Notes under the pieces: model-generated
What the model saw: the letters and a program-made list of their open reading frames with translations, nothing else
Told to the model about the DNA's origin: nothing
Databases searched by the model: none
NCBI GenBank assembly: GCA_963844715.1
Contig: CAWJPJ010000007.1
Coordinates: forward strand, 544,001-608,000
Origin: an uncultured Phycisphaerales bacterium
Lineage (GTDB): Bacteria > Planctomycetota > Phycisphaerae > Tepidisphaerales > Tepidisphaeraceae
DNA: 64,000 bases
Reading direction: 5' to 3'
Shown: positions 34,061 through 44,063 of the stretch, piece after piece
Layout of the letters: each line of letters begins with the position of its first letter
How positions within the stretch are numbered: the first letter of the stretch is position 1
Translations under genes and position numbers: made by a program

Positions 34061-35389
34061 TTAAACCGGCTCGGCGTCAACGAGCATGAACTTGATGTCC
34101 GCCTCGGCGGCCATCTTGTCTCCGACGAACGCCTTGCATCGCACGTGCCCGGTGCGGCTCTTAACGCGAACCGTCACCGCCTCCAGAACCAACTGATCGC
34201 CCGGCACCACCGGCTGACGCATCTTCACCTTGTCCATGCTGAGCAGAACTGCCAGCTTGCCCGTATGTTCCAATTTGCTTGATAGCAGCAGCCCGCCAAG
34301 TTGCGCCATCGCCTCGACGATCAGCACGCCCGGCATGATCGGCGTGCCCGGATAATGCCCCTGGAAAAAAACGTCGTTAAACGTAACGTTCTTGATTCCC
34401 ACGGCTCGCTGATCGGATGTAATCTCCAGCACGCGATCGACCAGTAGCATCGGATATCGGTGGGGCAGGATGCGCTGAATCCGCCGAATGTCCAGCGCCG
34501 CGTCGCGATGAAGCAGCGACTCGCGCGACATGTCCTCCTGCTGCCGCAGGAGCTTTCGCACCATCATGTGGTTCAGTTCGTGGCCGCTCTTGTGCCCGAC
34601 CAATCGTCCCCGCAGGCTGCGTCCGAGCAGATACAGATCGCCGATCAAATCCAGAACCTTGTGCCGGGCGCATTCGTCGGCAAAGCGGAACGAATTGTCG
34701 ATCGGCCCCTCGGCCGAGATGACCAGAAGGTCCTTGGGAGTCAGATGCGTTCCCATTCCGCGCGATTGAAGATCGCGGGCTTCATAATCGAATACCCATG
34801 TTCGCGCCGGCGCGACTTGCGAGATGAACTCGTCCCGTTTTTCGCCGCTGATGGTGAAGCAGAAAACTTGCCGGCCGAGCGGCGCGGGGGCTTCGAAGTC
34901 GTAAATGATTTCCAGCTTGTCCGCGGGCCCGGGCAAGGCGGCCAAAGTCGCCTCGCCGATGGAAACCTGCTCGGGCCTTCGGATGATGAACGGCTCAACG
35001 AGCGCTTCCTGCTCGCGCAGGCCGGCGTTTTGCACCAGTTCCACGAACGCATTGCTCGATCCGTCCCCCGCCGGCAATTCGCCCGATTTTCCGCCGCTGA
35101 CGCGGACCAGCGCGTTATCCACGCCCAGCCCCGCCAGCGCGGCCAGGCAATGCTCGACCGTCTCGACCAGCAGCGTTCCATTTTTCAGGCACGTCCGCCG
35201 CGGGCTCTTTTTTACATTTTGAATGGAGGCGGCGATGGATGCGATCTTTCCGTCCTGCTCGCGAATGAAATGAATCCCCGCGTTGGCTTCGGCGGGCGAA
35301 ATCGTGACGGTCGCCGGCTCCCCCGAAAAGAGGCCGCGCCCCGAAAAGCTTGCCTCCTGGGCTAACGTCTTCTGCCGATCCGGCGACAT
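34061..35389 (-). CDS. lpxC/fabZ: Bifunctional LpxC deacetylase / FabZ dehydratase
   Basis: LpxC part: QKTL, TVEHCLAAL, DGSS, APARTW, RHKVLDLIGDL. FabZ part: LPHRYPMLLVDR, FFQGHYP, PGVLIVEAMAQ. Confidence 0.95.
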   Translation of the reverse strand: MSPDRQKTLAQEASFSGRGLFSGEPATVTISPAEANAGIHFIREQDGKIASIAASIQNVKKSPRRTCLKNGTLLVETVEHCLAALAGLGVDNALVRVSGGKSGELPAGDGSSNAFVELVQNAGLREQEALVEPFIIRRPEQVSIGEATLAALPGPADKLEIIYDFEAPAPLGRQVFCFTISGEKRDEFISQVAPARTWVFDYEARDLQSRGMGTHLTPKDLLVISAEGPIDNSFRFADECARHKVLDLIGDLYLLGRSLRGRLVGHKSGHELNHMMVRKLLRQQEDMSRESLLHRDAALDIRRIQRILPHRYPMLLVDRVLEITSDQRAVGIKNVTFNDVFFQGHYPGTPIMPGVLIVEAMAQLGGLLLSSKLEHTGKLAVLLSMDKVKMRQPVVPGDQLVLEAVTVRVKSRTGHVRCKAFVGDKMAAEADIKFMLVDAEPV

Positions 35390-35504
35390 TCGTTGATCCT
35401 TATACGTCCGAGAAATCCCTAATTATACCCACCGGGCGCCAAACCCCAAAACGACCCGATATCCTGAGCCCAATTCGTCCGCATTTCGATTACAATGTAC
35501 TTCC

Positions 35505-36453
35505 ATGCATGAGCCTGCGGCCGAATTTGCCGTTTTGAAACACCTCGATGGGCTTGTGGACGAACTGCGCAAGCTGATTCCGCCGGCCCTGAAGGGGCAG
35601 GATGTCGAGGCCGTGCACGATGCCCGGGTCGCGACTCGCCGTCTGCGCGCCGCCACTCAATTGCTCGAATCCGTCATTTCGGGCAAATCCCGAAAGTCGT
35701 TCAATCGCGTCATGAAGCAATTGCGCCGCCAGCTCGGGCCGCTTCGCGATCTGGATGTAATGCTCCAGCATCTGGCCGACGTGGGGGACGAGAAACACCA
35801 GCCGGCGGTGGATTGGCTAACGCAGCGTCTGACCGCCTGCCGCGACGACGCGGTTGCCGAAGCAAAAAAACAGGCTCCGCCGCCGCGCATGCTGGCGCAG
35901 CTTGGATCATGGTGGGGCGTTCGCCAGGAAATCGCCGATTCCCGCGAGGCGATCGAATACCTGATCGCGGAGTCCGTGCATTTGCAACTGGATTCCTTCG
36001 CCGAGCAAGCCGCCTCGCGGCAGAAGCATGATCCCCATGCGTGGCGGATTGCCGGGAAATCGCTGCGGTATACGCTCGAGATAGCCAAAGCCCACGGCCT
36101 GCCTCTTCCCGCCGAGGCCAATACGCTTTTCAAGAAGATTCAGGATGCTCTGGGTCTGTGGCATGATTCGGTCGTTCTAAGCGAGCGGCATGCTTTGCGA
36201 AATCGTCGAGTGCGATCTGGCCCTGCACGATCCGCAACTGGCCGAACTGATTCTGAGTCTTTCCCAGCACTATCTGCGCAAAGCCCGGACGCAGCTTTCC
36301 AAGGCGTCGGAACTTTGGCAGCCGCACGCGACGAAGCTCAGCGAAGAAATTCGCCGGGCGTTTCCCCTGACGCGGGTGGTTGCCCAATCGGTTGCCGAAC
36401 CGGAACCGCCGGCTGAAACGCAAGCCCCCTCATCCTCGGAAGTGCCGGTTTGA
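35505..36453 (+). CDS. CHAD-domain (polyphosphate-binding) protein; frameshifted near 36190
   Basis: VHDARVATRRLRA, LGPLRDLDV, HAWRIAGKSLRY, QDALGLWHD. Confidence 0.88.
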
Positions 36454-37977
36454 TTATTTCGGCTGGATGTTGACACCCAGACGGCTGAATTCCTGGAACA
36501 GCTCCGAGTACATCCGATCGATCCCCGCCTGCGCCTGGTACACGTCCTTAATGTCTCCCCGCTCGATTCCGTCTGCGATGGCGTTGAAATTCTCCGTGAA
36601 TTGCTTCCCGCAGTCGGCCAGCAACTGATTCTGGGTCTCGGTCCGGCCTTCGCTGTGCTTGCGAATGATGTTGATGTTGATTCGGAACGTCTGCTCGATA
36701 TCCAGCTTCCAATCGTCGCCAACCTTGCGGAAGTAGATGGGTTTGTTTGGCCAGTTTCCCGGCAGATCGTCCGGCGGCGTGAGGGTGACCGTGTCGCCCG
36801 AGACGCTGACGTCATCCGGACCGGTGCGTGCCAAAATGTCCACAGCCAGCGAGGCGACCGTCGAGACCCGCAGACTTAAACTCATTGCCGGCGATCCAAA
36901 CCGCTTGATCGCGACTTTTTCCACGCGATATGCCGCCATATCGTTGGGAAAAATAATCGCCAGTTCAGACATTATTTGCTTGCCGGTCACCGGGTCGGCA
37001 TAGAGGAGCGACATTATTTTCGCTGTATCGTCCCGGTCGTAGGCGTCAACGATTCCCGTCAACACGCCGCGAACACCCTGATATTCGGGGTCTTCGATTT
37101 CCGTGGCGGTCGCGCTCGCGGGCTGCTGTGGTGGCTGCGCCTGCGCGACGATGACTGGCGCCGGGGTTGCGGGCGGCGGAGTTAGCGGCCGCGTTTCCTG
37201 GGTTACCACCGCTGCCGCCGCGCCGACGCATGCCGTCGTGACAACGCCTTTAATTATGAGAAGCTTGATCTGGTTTCGAATCATCATTTTGGTTGCTCCC
37301 TTTGCCAATGAGATGGCAGTACCCGCCGCGGCGCCGTGGCTGCCTGTGAGAATTACATTCATCGTCGCGTTTAGCAGCGCCGCAGGGCTCGCCTGCACCG
37401 CATGTGCGGCCAAAACCGCGGGAAGCGCAGACGCGCTCACCGCCGCTCCGCGATGGACCAATTGGTTTCGCAGTCTTTCCATCGCCCGCGCGACGCGCTT
37501 TTTCGCCGCGTCCTCGGTGATTCCCAGGGTCGCCGCCACTTCCGACGCCGATTGATTGTCGAAATACCGCAACAGCACCGCGCGCCGATCGTTCTCGGAT
37601 AATTTCGCCAGCGCGTCGTCGAGCACCGGCGAAAGGTCCGGGATCGCTTCCGGCTCCATTTTTTCAGGTCGCATGGCGGCCGCCTTCCGTTCGTGGATTG
37701 CCCGCCGCGCTTCCGCCCGTCGCGCGTTGGCCGCGACATATCGCGTCGCGTTAAACAGCCAACCCGTGATCACGGTTCCCGGTTTCAATTTCCCCAGCCG
37801 CTGCCAGAGCAAGAGAAACGCGGCTTGCGTAATGTCATGTGCGGCCGCCTGGTCCGACGACTGGCGAACCGCCGCGGCATAGACGAAGTCGATGTGCCTC
37901 TGCATGAGCTGCCGAAACAACTCGGAATCCCGTTTTTGGGTCAGGACGGCGAGCAATTCCGCGTCGCTTAGTGGCAT
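36454..37977 (-). CDS. ECF sigma-70 factor with a TM segment and C-terminal extracytoplasmic domain
   Basis: Sigma2: HDITQAAF, GWLFNATR. Sigma4: LAKLSENDRRAVLLRYF, AAKKRVARA. Then an Ala-rich region, a hydrophobic segment and a ~220 aa C-terminal domain. Confidence 0.88.
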   Translation of the reverse strand: MPLSDAELLAVLTQKRDSELFRQLMQRHIDFVYAAAVRQSSDQAAAHDITQAAFLLLWQRLGKLKPGTVITGWLFNATRYVAANARRAEARRAIHERKAAAMRPEKMEPEAIPDLSPVLDDALAKLSENDRRAVLLRYFDNQSASEVAATLGITEDAAKKRVARAMERLRNQLVHRGAAVSASALPAVLAAHAVQASPAALLNATMNVILTGSHGAAAGTAISLAKGATKMMIRNQIKLLIIKGVVTTACVGAAAAVVTQETRPLTPPPATPAPVIVAQAQPPQQPASATATEIEDPEYQGVRGVLTGIVDAYDRDDTAKIMSLLYADPVTGKQIMSELAIIFPNDMAAYRVEKVAIKRFGSPAMSLSLRVSTVASLAVDILARTGPDDVSVSGDTVTLTPPDDLPGNWPNKPIYFRKVGDDWKLDIEQTFRININIIRKHSEGRTETQNQLLADCGKQFTENFNAIADGIERGDIKDVYQAQAGIDRMYSELFQEFSRLGVNIQPK

Positions 37978-38061
37978 GGGCAGTTCCTACCCATCCATGT
38001 GCGGCCACCGGGCCGCCAGGGACAGCAGGAAGAAAAACTCAGTTTTTGAACGAGAACTGAA

Positions 38062-39297
38062 CTATGCCGTCGCGCTTTTTTGCCGCTTTGGCCTGGGTTC
38101 GCGGGGGACGAGGGCTCGTTCCAGATTGGCCATGGCCTGTTTCAGACGTTGGTCGTTTTCGACCAGGGCTATCCGGACGTAACCCTCGCCATGCTCGCCA
38201 AAAGCCCTCCCCGGGGCCAGCGCGACTTCGGCTTCGTCCATCATGCGGAGACAGAAGTCGATCGTCCCGCCTCCCTTGAGATGCTCTTCTTTGATCTTCG
38301 CCCAGACGAACATGCTGGCCCGCGGCTTTTCATACGTCCAGCCAAGCCGATCCAATCCGCGGCAGACCACGTCCCGTCGATACTGATAAATCTTGCTCTG
38401 CTCAGCAGGCGTGTCGGGGTGCTCGCGCATGGCGATGATGCTGGCGATCTGAATCGGGGCGAATATGCCGTAGTCGTAGTACCCCTTGATCGTCGCCAGG
38501 GCTTTGACCATCTCCGAATTCCCGGCGCAGAAGCCGATGCGCCAACCGGCCATGTTGTAACTCTTGGACATGGTCGTGAATTCCACGCCCAGTTCCTTGC
38601 CTCCCTCGGCCGCCAGCAGGCTCGGGGCCTGATATCCGTCAAAGCAGATTTCGCCGTAAGCCAGGTCGCTGATGATCATGATCCCATGCTTGCGGCACAG
38701 GGCGATGGCGCGCTCCCAGAAACCCGGATCGATCGTCATCGATGTCGGATTGTGCGGGTAATTCAAAATCAGCAGCTTCGGCGTCGGGTAGAGGCCTTCG
38801 ATTACTTTTTCGATCCGGTCGAGAAACGCCTGATCGTTACCGAGCGGGACGCGAATCACATTTGCCCCGGCCATGGCGACCGCATAGACGTGGATCGGAA
38901 ACGCCGGGTCCGGCACCACCGCCGTGTCCCCGGGCCCAAGCAGCGCCAGGCAAAGATGCGAAAAGCCCTCTTTGCTCCCGATGGTGGCGATCACCTCTGT
39001 CTCGGGGTCCAGCTCGACGCCGTACTTCTGACGGTACTTCTTGGCCACTTCCTTGCGCAGCCCGGCGACGCCGTTGCTGACGCTATAGCGATGATTCCGC
39101 GGATCGGTTGCCGCTTCGGCCAGCTTTGCGACGACCGAGTCGGGCGTGGGATCGGTGGGGTTTCCCATCCCCAGATCGATAATGTCCACGCCTGCGACGC
39201 GCTTGTCATACTTCATCTTGTTGATGCGCCCGAACAGATACGGCGGAAGCCGGGCGATCCGCGCGGAGACGTCGATTTTGAACGGTTGCTGGCTCAT
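38062..39297 (-). CDS. PLP-dependent aminotransferase class I/II (AlaC / LL-DAP-aminotransferase-like)
   Basis: LPPYLF, DLGMGNP, GSKEG, NYPHNPT, SDLAY, SKSYNMAGWRIG, GEGYVRIAL. Confidence 0.92.
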   Translation of the reverse strand: MSQQPFKIDVSARIARLPPYLFGRINKMKYDKRVAGVDIIDLGMGNPTDPTPDSVVAKLAEAATDPRNHRYSVSNGVAGLRKEVAKKYRQKYGVELDPETEVIATIGSKEGFSHLCLALLGPGDTAVVPDPAFPIHVYAVAMAGANVIRVPLGNDQAFLDRIEKVIEGLYPTPKLLILNYPHNPTSMTIDPGFWERAIALCRKHGIMIISDLAYGEICFDGYQAPSLLAAEGGKELGVEFTTMSKSYNMAGWRIGFCAGNSEMVKALATIKGYYDYGIFAPIQIASIIAMREHPDTPAEQSKIYQYRRDVVCRGLDRLGWTYEKPRASMFVWAKIKEEHLKGGGTIDFCLRMMDEAEVALAPGRAFGEHGEGYVRIALVENDQRLKQAMANLERALVPREPRPKRQKSATA

Positions 39298-39332
39298 GGA
39301 ACTTGTATTGTAGCCGCAAATCCCCGGTTTGA

Positions 39333-40436
39333 TTAGGGCTCGGTGGAAGGCGCTGTCGCCGGGGCGTGTTCCTGGTCCAGCTGATGGCGGATTTCCTGTA
39401 GGTCCTTAATTTGCCCATCTTTCCGCGCCACGCGGTCTTCCCACTGTTTTCGCAGGATCGGGTCCTGAATCTCCATTTCGTTCAAGGCCAACCCGGCCAG
39501 CCGCTCCCTCAGCGCGGTCATCGCCGCCTGGACGGCCTGATCGTGCAAATCCTTCCGGACGGCGTCCTTGTAATCCTCAAATTTGGCATGAGCCGGCGGA
39601 ATTCGATCGACGAGCTGGGCGATGTAAATGAACTGCCCGATCTGCAGAGGATCGGAAATTTGCCCCTTTTGGAGCATGAAAACCAGTTGCTTGAATTCCG
39701 GCGGGAAGCGGTTGTCCTGAAGAGTGAAGGGGGGCAATTCCCCGCCATTGGCGGCCGTGGTCCGATCCCGGCTGCGGGCCCGGGCCACATCTTCAAATCT
39801 CTTGCCCGCCGCCAGGTCGCGCCGCACGTCCGCAGCCTCGGACATGTTTCCGCAGACGATGTATCGCACCACCACTTTTTCCCCATACAACACGTTGAAG
39901 TGCTTTCGCACGGCATCGTCGGTAATTTCCGCCGAGACTTCCGGATCGGCGATCTTTCGCAGATAAGCGTTGATCTCCATCAGCACGTCAAACTCAGGCC
40001 GGCTCATGTGCTGCTGCAACAGAACCTGATCCAGCATCTGTTCCGTCTGCTCGGGGGTCAGATCTTCATCCGAAGGCTGGGTTGCGCTGATGTTCAAGCC
40101 GGACGACTCAAGCGAACGCCTCAGCGCCGTCAGCGTGATCTGCTTCTCCTTGGCCACGTCGTCGGGCGTGACGACGATCTCCTGTTTCGCCGCTTCCTCC
40201 TGCGCCAGGTCTTTTTGAACGATCAATAAAACGACGTTTAGCCCGTACCCCTCGATCAATACCGGTTGCACGTCCTGAAGCGTGATCGGCTCGCCGCGGA
40301 TCGTTGCCACCACTTCGTTTTCAATTGGCGGAAGCTTCTCGGCCGTCTGCGCCTCGGTGACGGTCAGACTCTCGTCGCTCTTGCAACCTTGCAGGACAAG
40401 CAAACCGACAGCAATGATGGAAAGCCAGATTTTCAC
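39333..40436 (-). CDS. PpiC-type (parvulin) peptidyl-prolyl isomerase lipoprotein, PrsA/SurA-like
   Basis: Lipobox LQGC; FEDVARARSRD...GGEL, GQISDPL. Confidence 0.82.
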   Translation of the reverse strand: MKIWLSIIAVGLLVLQGCKSDESLTVTEAQTAEKLPPIENEVVATIRGEPITLQDVQPVLIEGYGLNVVLLIVQKDLAQEEAAKQEIVVTPDDVAKEKQITLTALRRSLESSGLNISATQPSDEDLTPEQTEQMLDQVLLQQHMSRPEFDVLMEINAYLRKIADPEVSAEITDDAVRKHFNVLYGEKVVVRYIVCGNMSEAADVRRDLAAGKRFEDVARARSRDRTTAANGGELPPFTLQDNRFPPEFKQLVFMLQKGQISDPLQIGQFIYIAQLVDRIPPAHAKFEDYKDAVRKDLHDQAVQAAMTALRERLAGLALNEMEIQDPILRKQWEDRVARKDGQIKDLQEIRHQLDQEHAPATAPSTEP

Positions 40437-40535
40437 GTATGTTCTCCGGGAAGGCCCGAGTATCGAGACCTCTTCGGGGGTGTCAAGAACGGCGCGAAAT
40501 TGCCTGATCGCATCCGGTGAGGATACTGTGTTGGC

Positions 40536-40937
40536 ATGTCCATCATCGGTCATGGCATTGATATCGTCGAAACCGGCCGCATACGCCGCATGGCCAACGA
40601 GCACGGCCAGCGGTTCCTCGACCGAGTCTTCACACCGGCGGAGCAGGAATACTGCTCGGCGAATCCGAAGCGCTATTTCGAGCATCTGGCTGGGCGATTC
40701 GCGGCCAAGGAAGCCGTCCTCAAAGTCCTCGGCACGGGCTGGCGCGGCGGTATCGCCTGGACCGACATCGAAATCGTCAAAGACGCCAGCGGGCAACCCA
40801 AAGTCAAACTGACCGGCGAATGCGCCAGAATCGCCGAAGAGATGGGAATTTCCCTCTGGCATGTCAGCCTGTCGCATATCGAAACTCACGCGACGGCCAG
40901 CGCCATTGGAGCGAAAGGAGCGGGGAATGCTGAGTGA
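40536..40937 (+). CDS. acpS: Holo-ACP synthase
   Basis: GIDIVE, AGRFAAKEA, SLSH. Confidence 0.96.
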   Translation: MSIIGHGIDIVETGRIRRMANEHGQRFLDRVFTPAEQEYCSANPKRYFEHLAGRFAAKEAVLKVLGTGWRGGIAWTDIEIVKDASGQPKVKLTGECARIAEEMGISLWHVSLSHIETHATASAIGAKGAGNAE

Positions 40938-40967
40938 CGGAGCGACTTCGGCATTCGGCTGCTATTT

Positions 40968-42298
40968 ATGTCCGAACTAAAACGTACCCATCTTTCCGTA
41001 AGGCAGGAGCGAGCCGTTCTTGTTGGAGTGATCCTCCCCAAGTCCAACGCCGATCCGCGCGATCCGCTTGGGGAACTCTCGTCCCTTGCGGACACCGCCG
41101 GCGCCAAAGTCGTGGGCCAGGTTCTCCAGCGCCGCCACCGCGTCGATGCCGGAACCTACGTGGGCAGCGGGAAGGTGATCGAAATCGCCGACCTGGCGAT
41201 TCGCGAGGAAGCCGATGTCATTATCTTCGACAACGACCTGACGCCCGGCCAGGTCGGCGCCTTGGAACGGATGGTCAACAAGCACGCCGAAAGCCCGCGC
41301 GGCGAGGGGATCAAAGTCCTGGATCGCTCCGAATTGATTCTCGACATCTTCGCCACGCGAGCGCGCACCCACGAAGCCAAACTTCAGGTGGAACTGGCGC
41401 AAATGCAATACACATATCCCCGATTGACGCAGATGTGGGGCCACCTCGAGCGAATCGCCGGCGGCGCCCCGGCGGGGATCGGAACGCGCGGGCCCGGCGA
41501 GCAGCAACTCGAAATCGACCGCCGATTGGTCCGCAAGCGCATCGGCCGCCTCAAGGACGAAATCGCCAAGGTCCAACGCAGAAAAACCCGCGAAGTCGCC
41601 CAGCGGACCGCCGGACATTTCACCATCTGCATCGTCGGCTACACCAACGCCGGCAAAAGCACGCTGTTCAACACGCTCACCGCCGCCGGCACCTACGCCG
41701 ACGACAAACTCTTCGCCACGCTCGATACCAAGACGAGAAACTGGAAGGTCGATCGCGGCATCGAGGTGCTCATCAGCGACACGGTCGGATTCGTGCGCGA
41801 TCTCCCGCACAATCTGGTCGCCAGCTTCAAGGCGACCCTCGAAGAAGCCGTCCACGCCGATCTGCTCTTGCACGTCCTGGACGTCGGCCATCCCCACGCC
41901 GCCCAGCAATTCGATTCGGTTCACGAGGTGCTCGCTCAAATCGGCGTCGAGGAAAAACCCGAAATCCTTCTGCTCAATAAAATCGACACCCCCGAGGGCG
42001 AAGCCAATTTCCCCGAATGGCGCACGCTTCATCCCGGCGCAATCCCCCTCGCGCCAAAACCGGCCGCGGCGTCGCGATGCTGAATGAAATCGTCGAAGAG
42101 CGCGTCCGCGGCCAGGAGACCGAAGTCCTCCTCGAAGCCGACTCCGCCAACGGCAAACTTCTCTCTTTTATTGAAACCCACACCACGGTTCATTCTCGCG
42201 AATTTGAGGACGGCCGAGTCACTCTCCGCGCCACCGTGCCGAAGCGAGTGTTGGCCGACCTTCAGCAAAACAAGCAGATCGAGATCAAGCCGGTTTAA
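40968..42298 (+). CDS. hflX: GTPase HflX; frameshifted near 42050
   Basis: ILDIFATRA, QVELAQ, GPGEQQLEIDRR, GYTNAGKST, LFATLD, DTVGF, NKID. Confidence 0.95.
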
Positions 42299-42359
42299 GA
42301 CCATGCGGGCGGGAAATTCCGTGTGTCAAACCGGCCTGCGCGTGCGTACAATACCCAAG

Positions 42360-43664
42360 ATGCCGCCCCTGAATTTTCTTCCTCTAGATGACCATCCGCG
42401 CATCGGCGTGTTTGCCGAAATCTCTCAGCTCGTCCGCGACGATATGCCGCCGCGCGAAGCATTGCAGGTCCTTCTTTCCGCTTTGCACCGCGCCTATCCG
42501 GGCGGGACGTGTTACGTCGAGGTCAACACGACCGATCTTCCCGCCGGGAGTTTTCGCCTGACGCGGGTTTGGCGCGAGGACAACAGCGAAGCGGTCCCGA
42601 ACAACAGTCCATGGAATTGGCGAAATGTTTCTGTGCGAAGCGGGGGGGTGGTGGCCGAGTTTATCGCCCGGAAATGCCCGTCCGCCGCCGTGAATGTCGA
42701 GCTCGATCCGAGCGATCCGGTCTATCCGGAACTTCGTGACTATCACAGCATCGCCGCCGCGCCCGGCGCCGCGGGCGACCCGGACAACTGGGTGCTGATC
42801 TTCCGAACCGCTGCCGATGGCGTCGACGCCGAATTTCTCGAAAACATGCTCCTTCGCGTGGGCCTGATCGGAACGGCCATGAGGAATTTGCAGGCCCTGG
42901 GGGATCTGCGCCGCGCCAACGCGTTTATCGACGCCGAGTTGGACCGCCTGGCGGCGATTCAGCGAGCCTTGCTGCCGGAGTTTACGCCCGATATCCCCGG
43001 TCTGGACTTTGCCGCGAAGAGCCAGACGTTCGATCGCGCCGGCGGGGATTTGTATGACATCGTGGAGCTTCCGACCGGCCAGTGGGTTTTTTGCATCGCC
43101 GACGCGAGCGGCCACGGCCCGTCGGCCGCCGTCGTTGCCGCCATGCTCCACGCGGTGCTTCACGCCTATCCGTCGACCGTCGATCACGACCGATCGGCCC
43201 CCAGCCCGGCCAACGCCCTGGCCTACGCCAACCGCCAATTAGCTGCCAAGCGAATCGAGTACTCCTTCATCACCGCGATTCTCGCCCTCTGGGATCCCAA
43301 AACCAAAGTCTTCACCTATTCTCGCGCCGGCCACAACCCTCCCATGCTGCGCCACGCGGGAAACGTCACCGAACTGAAACAAGTCGGTAATCTTCCGCTG
43401 GCGATATTTCCGGAAACGAAATACGACCAGGCCGACGTCCAGCTACAAACCGGCGACGTGTTGATCCTCTTCACCGACGGCATAACCGAGGCGGTCAGCG
43501 ATTCGGGCGCGATGTTCGGTGAAGATCGTTTGCGCCAATATCTCCTGCGAGCCGAGGGATCGGCCGCCGAAATTCTTTGTTCCCTGAGCGAAGCCGTGCA
43601 GAGATTCTCCTGCCATGAGCGCTCCCGCGACGATCAGACCCTCATGGTTCTGCGCATAAAATAA
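42360..43664 (+). CDS. PP2C/SpoIIE (RsbU-like) phosphatase with an N-terminal GAF-like domain
   Basis: IQRALLP, GGDLYD, IADASGHG, AGHNPP, FTDGITEA, DDQT. Confidence 0.9.
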   Translation: MPPLNFLPLDDHPRIGVFAEISQLVRDDMPPREALQVLLSALHRAYPGGTCYVEVNTTDLPAGSFRLTRVWREDNSEAVPNNSPWNWRNVSVRSGGVVAEFIARKCPSAAVNVELDPSDPVYPELRDYHSIAAAPGAAGDPDNWVLIFRTAADGVDAEFLENMLLRVGLIGTAMRNLQALGDLRRANAFIDAELDRLAAIQRALLPEFTPDIPGLDFAAKSQTFDRAGGDLYDIVELPTGQWVFCIADASGHGPSAAVVAAMLHAVLHAYPSTVDHDRSAPSPANALAYANRQLAAKRIEYSFITAILALWDPKTKVFTYSRAGHNPPMLRHAGNVTELKQVGNLPLAIFPETKYDQADVQLQTGDVLILFTDGITEAVSDSGAMFGEDRLRQYLLRAEGSAAEILCSLSEAVQRFSCHERSRDDQTLMVLRIK

Positions 43665-43754
43665 ATTTTATTGACCGGGACAGTCGATTTTGGTTTGATT
43701 CCCCGCCGCGTCGTTTGAGATTTGGTTGAAATCACTTTTTTTGGGAGAGCCCCC

Positions 43755-44062
43755 ATGCGAATGATCATGCAGATCGTTGTTCCGAACGAGCCGTTCAACA
43801 AGTATGTCCGCGACGGTTCCGCCGGCGCCAAATGGGGCGCATTTTGGAATCCCTTCGCCCCGAAGCGATTTACTTCACCGACCAAAGCGGGCATCGCGGG
43901 GCGATCGCCATCGTCGACGTCGCGGATCCGTCGAAAATTCCGGCGCTCGCCGAACCCTGGTTTTTAATTTTCAACGCCGACGTTAAATTCCAGATTGCCA
44001 TGACTCCGGACGATCTGAAAAAGTCGGGTCTTGACGAGTTGGGCAAGAAATGGGGTTCGTGA
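43755..44062 (+). CDS. Small conserved hypothetical protein (DUF3303-like); 1 frameshift
   Basis: MRMIMQIVVPNEPFN joins PEAIYFTDQSGHRG...IPALAEPWF...AMTPDDL. Confidence 0.65.
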
Positions 44063-44063
44063 A

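Noticed and set aside
39333..40889. 518 aa version of the PPIase
   Set aside because: The first ~150 codons are antisense to acpS; the lipoprotein signal starts at GTG 40436.
42084..42359. N-terminal extension of the SpoIIE ORF
   Set aside because: It overlaps the frameshifted hflX C-terminus; the likely start is 42360 (or 42303).
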